The translations under genes were made by a program, and so were the position numbers. The notes beneath the pieces are model-generated. The model saw only the letters and a program-made list of their open reading frames with translations. It made no database searches and was not told the DNA's origin. DNA of 52,112 nt from positions 1 through 52,112 of the forward strand of contig DATDYA010000012.1 in NCBI GenBank assembly GCA_035289165.1, written 5' to 3'. Position 1 is the first letter of the stretch, and each line of letters opens with the position of its first letter. This stretch comes from Patescibacteria group bacterium. GTDB lineage: Bacteria > Patescibacteriota > Patescibacteriia > Magasanikbacterales > GWA2-37-8. Of the stretch, positions 46,001 to 52,112 are shown in pieces.

Positions 46001-46558
46001 ATCCGGATCAACATAATGGTGACCTTGAGCCGGGCCATTAATTCCATAGGCCCAATACAAACCAGTGTTAAACCATTGTGGAGAATTTGGCGCCACCATT
46101 TGGTTTATAAGCATGTACGCCAATTCTTCATAAAAAATCTGAGCGTCTTTGGCACTAGCAAAATATCCATACTTTTCTCCCCAATAACGCCAAGTACCAG
46201 CCAAACGGTGGGCGACTTGTTTCATGCTTTTTTCTGGACCCAGTTCTGGCGAGCCATCTTCTTTTAATTTAGGTGTCCCGTCTTCCTTATATTGCGGCAC
46301 CCCAGCCTTCCGAAAGTATTTTTGCGCCAAAATATCCGTCGCTACCTGTGACCACTGCTTCGGCACCTCGACATCGTCCATTTGGAATATGACCTTACCA
46401 CTAGTTTCCCGAATAACCGAAGAACGCAGTTCGTATTCGAACATATCAAACGGGCTAACGCCTTCTTTAGTGTATTGTCTTTCAAACTTTAAACCTTCTT
46501 CAGAATAAAGAAAGCTAGAATCAACCTCATAGGTACGAGTAGCCGTTTGTGTTTTCAT
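43076..46558 (-). CDS. nrdJ: adenosylcobalamin-dependent (class II) ribonucleotide reductase
   Basis: Long class II RNR-type sequence ([41 protein letters not shown]) with a C-terminal Cys-rich tail CPTCGH...[14 protein letters not shown]. Confidence 0.9.
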   Translation of the reverse strand: [1160 protein letters not shown]

Positions 46559-46616
46559 AGGTAATTAGTAAATTTCTTATTTATTTTTAAAAAACCAATT
46601 CTCTCTCCTGCCGAGT

Positions 46617-46664
46617 CCACTATAAATAGTGTTTAAAATATATTTCTACCACTAAATATAGTAT
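46617..46664 (-). promoter_or_regulatory. two NrdR-box-like palindromes spaced 32 bp apart in the nrdJ leader
   Basis: ccactataaatagtgt (46617-46632) and ccactaaatatagtat (46649-46664). These compare with the recalled NrdR box acaCwAtATaTwGtgt. They lie between the putative -10 and the start codon. Confidence 0.5.
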
Positions 46665-46683
46665 TTTCTTCCCCAGCCATCTC

Positions 46684-46712
46684 ATTATAGCACAAGGCCA
46701 GGCCCCCTCCAA
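46684..46712 (-). promoter_or_regulatory. putative nrdJ promoter TTGGAG-17-TATAAT with an extended TG
   Basis: Minus-strand sense reads TTGGAGggggcctggccttgTGcTATAATgag. Confidence 0.45.
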
Positions 46713-46815
46713 ATTTTTGTGAATACCCGCTATTTTAAAAGAAAAAGGACAAAAAAATAACCACCTCCCGGTAAGTTATCCACATGGCTTTCCCCCAAAA
46801 ACCATCTACTTTTAA

Positions 46816-47286
46816 TTATCCGTCATTTAAACCTAGGGTCGCGATAATATCTTCGGCCCTTTTTACCGCCTCAACTTCTACTTGCCCATCTGTCCAGTCC
46901 GGAAACTTTTCGCGCAAACTATTTTCCTCCTCAACAATAAGCGCCTGACGTAAACCTGACAGCTGACTCTTCAAATCCATCATCTTATTTTGCAAACTCT
47001 TTAAAACAGTGGCGTCACGATCAACCGAAGGAATGTCGTTGCCAACTAACTTCAGCTGACTACGAATCGCTTGCACAGCCTTAACAACTTGTTGCATGTT
47101 GGCAACTATCTTTTGCATTTGTTGTTTCGCGCTCTTAACCTCACGCAACATCTGCTCGGCTCTTTCCCGAGCCGCCATCTTTTTTTCCGCCTCTTCAACT
47201 GCCTTTTCTTTCGCTTCCTGATTTATCTCCTGCCCTTCGGCATAATTACGTCGCCTTAAACCATTTTCTTGTTCTTTTTCAAACAT
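46816..47286 (-). CDS. coiled-coil hypothetical protein (156 aa)
   Basis: Heptad-like E/K/Q-rich sequence. No family recognised. Confidence 0.5.
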   Translation of the reverse strand: MFEKEQENGLRRRNYAEGQEINQEAKEKAVEEAEKKMAARERAEQMLREVKSAKQQMQKIVANMQQVVKAVQAIRSQLKLVGNDIPSVDRDATVLKSLQNKMMDLKSQLSGLRQALIVEEENSLREKFPDWTDGQVEVEAVKRAEDIIATLGLNDG

Positions 47287-47333
47287 ACTAACCGCTTTAC
47301 TATAAATAGTATTTGTAATACAATGAAGGCATT

Positions 47334-48368
47334 ATGCCAGAAAATAATGAAAATGACAACCGAGTCTTCGATGAAGAGGCTGGGCCAGAAGAAGTCTCTT
47401 TAGAACAAAGTCTTCGACCTTCGAATTTAGGAGATTTTGTCGGTCAAAACCAAATTAAACAAAATTTAAGCATCGCGATTGAAGCCGCCAAAAAACGTAG
47501 TGACGTACTAGAGCATATCATGCTCTATGGCAATCCTGGTCTTGGCAAAACCACTCTCGCTCATATCATCGCCAGGGAAATGGGAAGTAATATTAAAGTC
47601 ACCTCCGGACCGACCTTAGAAAAAGTTGGTGATCTCGCCGCCATACTCTCGAATCTTGAGGAAGGCGACATCCTGTTCATTGATGAAATCCACCGCTTAA
47701 ACAAAACCATTGCCGAAGTTCTTTATCCGGCCCTTGAAGACTACGCCTTAGATATTATTATCGGACAAGGACCGGCGGCCAGAAGCATCCGAATGCCACT
47801 ATCCCGTTTTACTTTAATCGGGGCCACCACTAAATTAAGTTTGTTACCCGGGCCACTTCGTGATCGCTTTGGTCATGTCTATCATTTGAACTTTTACGAA
47901 AACGAAGATATTGAAAAAATTATTCGTCGCAATTCCAGTTTATTATCTACGGAAATCAACCCGGAAGCAACCACCCTCATTTCTACTCGCTCTCGCCGCA
48001 CCCCCCGTATTGCCAACCGTCTTTTAAAACGCGTCCGGGATTATGCCGAAGTAAAAACTGGGGCTCCCATTGATACCAAAACTGCCAATGAAGCACTAGC
48101 GCTCCTTTCGATTGATGAATATGGCCTAGATGATGTTGACCGTCATTTGCTTTCCGCTTTAATTGAAAAATTTGGCGGTGGGCCAGCCGGTTTAAATACC
48201 TTGGCGGCGGCTATTGCTGAAGAAATGGATACGATTGAGACTATTTACGAACCATTCTTGTTGCAGATTGGCTTCTTGGAAAGAACCCCCCGCGGTCGTA
48301 AAGCCACCCCCAAAGCCTATGAACATTTGGGTTTTGAGCTTCCACCACAAAACCAAACTTTAATTTAA
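47334..48368 (+). CDS. ruvB: Holliday junction branch-migration ATPase RuvB
   Basis: Walker A GNPGLGKTTLA, Walker B LFIDEIHRL, and the sensor and winged-helix C-terminus. Confidence 0.95.
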   Translation: MPENNENDNRVFDEEAGPEEVSLEQSLRPSNLGDFVGQNQIKQNLSIAIEAAKKRSDVLEHIMLYGNPGLGKTTLAHIIAREMGSNIKVTSGPTLEKVGDLAAILSNLEEGDILFIDEIHRLNKTIAEVLYPALEDYALDIIIGQGPAARSIRMPLSRFTLIGATTKLSLLPGPLRDRFGHVYHLNFYENEDIEKIIRRNSSLLSTEINPEATTLISTRSRRTPRIANRLLKRVRDYAEVKTGAPIDTKTANEALALLSIDEYGLDDVDRHLLSALIEKFGGGPAGLNTLAAAIAEEMDTIETIYEPFLLQIGFLERTPRGRKATPKAYEHLGFELPPQNQTLI

Positions 48369-48372
48369 AAAT

Positions 48373-48642
48373 ATGATTACCGCCCCACTTTACGTTTTAC
48401 TTCTTCTTTACTTTCTTTTTCTGGCTATTTTTATAATTTTTTCTTGCATCAACCTGTGGCATGTCTATTCGACAGGTAACCTAACATTTACCAGCTTCGC
48501 TGTTACCGTAATTGTTGGCATCGCTACCATTTTGGTACTATATGCTACTTGGACACTACTCCAAGACATTGTCTGGACCGAACGATTCACCCTCTGGAAC
48601 AATGATTGGATTACTGGCTCTTTTAGTCCTTATAGCTATTAA
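48373..48642 (+). CDS. small integral membrane protein (two predicted TM helices)
   Basis: Two hydrophobic stretches, LYVLLLLYFLFLAIFIIFSCI and FAVTVIVGIATILVLYATW. Confidence 0.5.
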   Translation: MITAPLYVLLLLYFLFLAIFIIFSCINLWHVYSTGNLTFTSFAVTVIVGIATILVLYATWTLLQDIVWTERFTLWNNDWITGSFSPYSY

Positions 48643-48646
48643 ACCT

Positions 48647-49189
48647 ATGTCGCTCTCTTCACTAATACACATCAAACCTTACGAAAAAATTATTCACGCT
48701 CTTCGCCGTCATCCCCTCACTTTCCTTCCGACCATCCTCTTGTTTTTAGCCCTCATACTTGTCCCAATAGCTTTGTACATCATGATCAGTAACATGTTTC
48801 CAGACTTATTGGCTGGACCAATTAGCTACCCCCTCTTAGTTCTTTTCGGGAGCATCTACTGCCTATCTCTTTGTCTTTTCTTTTACACCTACTTTGTAGA
48901 TTTTTATCTCGACATGTGGGTTATTACCAATGATCGACTAATCGACATCGAACAAACTGGATTATTCGCCCGCACAATTGCCGAAGTCGACCTTTACCAG
49001 ATTCAAGATGTTACCTCAGATATCCGGGGACTTTTCCCAACCATATTTAACTACGGTACCATTTCGCTTCAAACCGCCGGGACAATACCAAAGTTTATTT
49101 TTTACAACATTCCTCGACCACATAAACTACGTGAAGAAATTCTTGCTCTCGCCTCCGAAGATAAAAAATTCCATACTGGACAAAAATAA
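48647..49189 (+). CDS. membrane-anchored bacterial PH-domain (YdbS/YdbT-like) protein
   Basis: Two TM helices followed by WVITNDRLIDIEQTGLFARTIAEVDLYQIQDV...ISLQTAG. The in-frame ATG at 48647 is preferred over the track start at 48512, which overlaps the previous gene. Confidence 0.55.
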   Translation: MSLSSLIHIKPYEKIIHALRRHPLTFLPTILLFLALILVPIALYIMISNMFPDLLAGPISYPLLVLFGSIYCLSLCLFFYTYFVDFYLDMWVITNDRLIDIEQTGLFARTIAEVDLYQIQDVTSDIRGLFPTIFNYGTISLQTAGTIPKFIFYNIPRPHKLREEILALASEDKKFHTGQK

Positions 49190-49222
49190 ATTTGATAAGT
49201 TTCGTGCCGCCTACTTCCTATA

Positions 49223-49741
49223 TTAGACCCCTTGGTCTTTTAAAGCCTGGCAAGCAGGACAGTTATCAAAAAAATCAACTTCCTCTCTTATTTCTATATC
49301 CAAATTATCCAACCACTCTTTGGCTTGCTCGAATAGCGCATCTCGTTGCCACTCATACCAAACCGACAGCCAGCCCCCATCACTATAATTTCCCAAAACA
49401 TCCTTAAACCTTCTAAAAGAACCTCGACCATTAAGAGCAACCAATAATTTTTCATACAACAGATTGTCTTCGGCCTTAATTATTTCTTCAGAGTAATCAA
49501 CCATCCATTGATACTTTTCATCTGACGATACCCCGTCAATTCTTAAAAATGAGCTGTCAGCGTCTATCTTTTCCATTAGTTTGTCATTTACATCCCCATC
49601 TTCAAATTCTTCCAACACAAACTCCACTTCTCCTGTTTGAGTATTTAAAAAGTAATGGTGCTCCGGATTATTATCATCTAAACCATCTATTAACATATCC
49701 AAATCAATCTTCTTCCCGTCTGGTAAAACAAAATTAATCAT
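49223..49741 (-). CDS. UPF0158-like protein
   Basis: LNGRGSFRRFKDVL motif, recalled from UPF0158 family members. Confidence 0.5.
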   Translation of the reverse strand: MINFVLPDGKKIDLDMLIDGLDDNNPEHHYFLNTQTGEVEFVLEEFEDGDVNDKLMEKIDADSSFLRIDGVSSDEKYQWMVDYSEEIIKAEDNLLYEKLLVALNGRGSFRRFKDVLGNYSDGGWLSVWYEWQRDALFEQAKEWLDNLDIEIREEVDFFDNCPACQALKDQGV

Positions 49742-50001
49742 ACGTTTATTATTAATTCTTGACTAGTTAGAAATATACCATATTAAAAAACAAGATAAAA
49801 ATACTTTAACAGTAAACATCAAGAAAACGAGAAAAGTGTCTTATTTTAACAAAATAAGACAAACTCGGTAGTAAGGGTGAAATCATCCACAAAATATGGC
49901 TTAAACACATTTTTGTGATATTTTTTGCCTTAAAATAGATGCTAATTGGGTTTTCTAGCCCCACCAAAAGTTCTATTAACTATTTATCTGGCGTCTTTTA
50001 T

Positions 50002-50030
50002 TTGACAATTATTTATTCTCATTATATAAT
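50002..50030 (+). promoter_or_regulatory. consensus sigma70 promoter TTGACA-17 nt-TATAAT, overlapped by TCTCATTA/TAATGAGA inverted repeats
   Basis: tTTGACAattatttattctcattaTATAATtcgtaatgagat...aatctcatt, upstream of the ATG at 50088. Confidence 0.65.
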
Positions 50031-50087
50031 TCGTAATGAGATAAAAAGAGTAAATAATCTCATTTAAACTAATTTAGTGGTCAAAAT

Positions 50088-51353
50088 ATGATAAATGACA
50101 TCATTTTAGAACAAAAAACTAGAAAGGATAACCTTCTCAAAGAAACCTACATCCCTCGCTACCAGACGGCAAAACTAGCACAGATGGCAGAAAACAGCCT
50201 AATTAAAGTCATTCTAGGCCCTCGACGTGCCGGAAAATCTTTTTTTGCCACTCACACTTTTAAGCCAAATGAGGTAGCCTATGTTAACTTTGATGACGAA
50301 AAACTGTCCAAAATACAAAACTATGACGAGATAATAAAGAGCGCCTTGGCTATCTACGGACAAACTAAATTTCTGCTTCTGGACGAAATACAAAATTTAC
50401 CCAACTGGGAACTTTTTGTTAATCGCTTACACCGTAATGGCTATAATATTTTAGTGACTGGATCAAACTCAAAATTACTTTCCAAAGAATTAGCCACTCA
50501 CCTTACCGGGCGCCACTTACCTATTGAACTTTTTCCCTTTAGTTTTAACGAATACTTGCAATACAAAAAATTTAATACAAACACCAAGGAACCGATGATT
50601 ACCGAAGTAAAAGCCCAACTGTTGGAGCATGTTAACACTTTCATGCATAATGGTGGTTTCCCAGAATTAGTAATCCATGAATTAACACCGGAAACCTATC
50701 TAACGCCTTTTATAGAGTCGCTGTTGTTTAAAGATGTTATTAAGCGTTATAAACTACGTAAGCCAGACCACGTAGATAATTTGGAAACCTACTTAATAAA
50801 CAACGTGGCAAAAGAATTTACCTATGAACGTTTAGCCAACAATCTTGGCCTACCTAGTTGGGCAACAGTTGTGAAATATATGAATTACTTAGAAGAAGCT
50901 TACTTGTTGGTAGTTCTAAGTCGCTACTCGCACAAGGTATCCCAAAGACTAAAATCACCAAAAAAAGCCTATATGATTGATAATGGCTTAATAACCTCAA
51001 CTGCTGTGCAACTTGCCAGAGACAGTGGCAAACTTATGGAGAATTTAGTATTTACCGAACTACTAAAGAAAGGACTACGGCCTAATTTAGAACTGTTTTA
51101 CTATAAAACTCGCAATGATAAAGAAGTAGATTTTATTATAAAAAAAGGAACTTCAATTGATGAGCTAATACAGGTCTGTTATGATCCCTCCGGTCTCGAA
51201 GTAAGCGAACGTGAAACTAGGGCTTTACTCGAAGCTAAAGAAGAGCTGTGTGCTGAAAAACTAACCGTGCTTACTTGGGATGATAAAAAACAAATAAACA
51301 AAAACGGCACCATCATAGATTTCGTACCGCTTTGGGAGTGGCTGACTGCCTAA
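50088..51353 (+). CDS. AAA+ ATPase with a DUF4143-type C-terminal domain
   Basis: Walker A GPRRAGKS, Walker B LLLDEIQ. The later region is typical of AAA_14/DUF4143 proteins. Confidence 0.7.
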   Translation: MINDIILEQKTRKDNLLKETYIPRYQTAKLAQMAENSLIKVILGPRRAGKSFFATHTFKPNEVAYVNFDDEKLSKIQNYDEIIKSALAIYGQTKFLLLDEIQNLPNWELFVNRLHRNGYNILVTGSNSKLLSKELATHLTGRHLPIELFPFSFNEYLQYKKFNTNTKEPMITEVKAQLLEHVNTFMHNGGFPELVIHELTPETYLTPFIESLLFKDVIKRYKLRKPDHVDNLETYLINNVAKEFTYERLANNLGLPSWATVVKYMNYLEEAYLLVVLSRYSHKVSQRLKSPKKAYMIDNGLITSTAVQLARDSGKLMENLVFTELLKKGLRPNLELFYYKTRNDKEVDFIIKKGTSIDELIQVCYDPSGLEVSERETRALLEAKEELCAEKLTVLTWDDKKQINKNGTIIDFVPLWEWLTA

Positions 51354-51377
51354 TTGGTATTTTTTTAACAAAAAATA

Positions 51378-52112
51378 TCAAAGACACTTCAATAAATACT
51401 CTATCTTCTTATAATCACCCCCCCCCGAAGCGGGCTGAAGTGCACCCAAATAAGAATAGCAAACTGAAAAAAATTCTTCATAATTACAATGCCCCGACCA
51501 ATAATCATTAAGTTTGGTGTTAATTTTATTCCACATCCTTTTTCTAGTTTTAGGACGCATGGCTGTATACCCCGGGTACAGAATATAACCTAACCAATCA
51601 ACTCCCAAGTGGTAAGGACGAAAAAAGATCTTATCTGGATGAACAGTTAGTTTTAAATGTCGGGCTAAAAACTTCTGCGCTTTTTTAAGTGCGCACTCTA
51701 AATCTTCTCGCTGATTAGAAACCATTACAAAATCATCGCAATAGCGAAGATAATTTTTTATCTCCAAATTCTCCTTAACGTAATGATCAAACCGATTGAG
51801 ATAAACATTGGCAAACAGTTGGGATGTTAAATTGCCTAATGGTATACCTGGGTTAAAACTCCGGATAATTTTTTCCAACAAATACATCAATTCCTCATCA
51901 TGCACCTGACGTGCTATAATTTTAAGCAGTACATCGTGATCGACATTTTGAAAATACTTTTTAATATCCGCCTTTAAAATCCACGCTCCTTGCTTTTGTC
52001 TTTCTGATAAGCTAAGTTTTTGGGCGAGCCTTTGTACTGCGGTGTGTGTGCCTTTACCAGTCCGACAAGACCAGCTGTCAAAAATAAACGACCTCTCGAA
52101 TAGTGGCTCGAC
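51378..52112 (-). CDS. reverse transcriptase, DGR-type; N-terminus lies beyond the window edge
   Basis: The frame is open to position 52112 (VEPLFERSFIFDSWSCRTGKGTHTAV...ADIKKYFQNVDH...). Motif 4 is LGNLTSQLFANVYLN (the GxxxSQ signature of DGR RTs) and the catalytic motif is YCDDFVMV. Confidence 0.75.
   Translation of the reverse strand, partial: VEPLFERSFIFDSWSCRTGKGTHTAVQRLAQKLSLSERQKQGAWILKADIKKYFQNVDHDVLLKIIARQVHDEELMYLLEKIIRSFNPGIPLGNLTSQLFANVYLNRFDHYVKENLEIKNYLRYCDDFVMVSNQREDLECALKKAQKFLARHLKLTVHPDKIFFRPYHLGVDWLGYILYPGYTAMRPKTRKRMWNKINTKLNDYWSGHCNYEEFFSVCYSYLGALQPASGGGDYKKIEYLLKCL

Noticed and set aside
43076-46558. Intein or intron in the unusually long (1160 aa) nrdJ.
   Set aside because: I saw no Cys/Ser...His-Asn splice-junction blocks or endonuclease motifs. 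The extra length is a K/E-rich linker and a C-terminal Zn-finger-like tail, as found in other long class II RNRs.
47296-47325. A third NrdR-like palindrome (tactataaatagta) upstream of ruvB.
   Set aside because: The same bases read as a plain promoter (TTTACT-17-TACAAT) for ruvB. It is a single box rather than a tandem pair.

Overview
This is a 52.1-kb chromosomal segment, AT-rich by eye and coded mostly on the minus strand. It uses the standard genetic code: TGA, TAA and TAG each terminate well-supported genes. Several features fit a Candidate Phyla Radiation (Patescibacteria)-like genome, which is an inference. These are a 23S rRNA split by group I introns, a 23S-5S unit with no linked 16S, arrays of small two-TM 'pilin' genes, type IV pilin-like genes, a DGR-type reverse transcriptase and minimal sugar-nucleotide/fermentative metabolism.

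Layout:
- 1-14.5 kb: housekeeping and metabolic genes (EndoQ-like nuclease, RluA, methyltransferase, malic enzyme, YvcK, glmS, a 2-oxoacid:ferredoxin oxidoreductase operon, GlmU-like nucleotidyltransferase, HAD, LacD-like aldolase, HD hydrolase).
- 14.6-19.7 kb: 5S plus a 23S rRNA gene of about 4.9 kb carrying five group I introns. One encodes a LAGLIDADG endonuclease. Two exons are only 11 and 20 nt long.
- 20.5-23.8 kb: a decayed second copy of the nucleotidyltransferase/OFOR-alpha gene pair, split by a 600-aa tandem-repeat protein gene.
- 23.8-28 kb: tRNA-Leu, pnp, a NYN-domain gene, rpsO, tRNA-Arg and tRNA-His.
- 29.2-40.2 kb: one long co-oriented surface locus. It holds three type IV pilin-like genes, galU, an orphan solute-binding lipoprotein and eight tandem paralogs of a VirB2/TrbC-like two-TM pilin module. 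Several paralogs are fused to different cysteine-rich ectodomains, and a ninth paralog lies at 27.3 kb. This is my best candidate for the undescribed system.
- 40.3-52.1 kb: a tRNA-Leu-like fragment, HNH endonuclease and tRNA-Leu(TAA); a PduO-type adenosyltransferase; an HTH/ATPase-like regulator behind a large palindromic operator; B12-dependent nrdJ with NrdR-like boxes; ruvB; membrane proteins; a DUF4143 ATPase; and a DGR-type reverse transcriptase cut by the window edge.

All homology calls come from motif recognition by eye. No searches were run.
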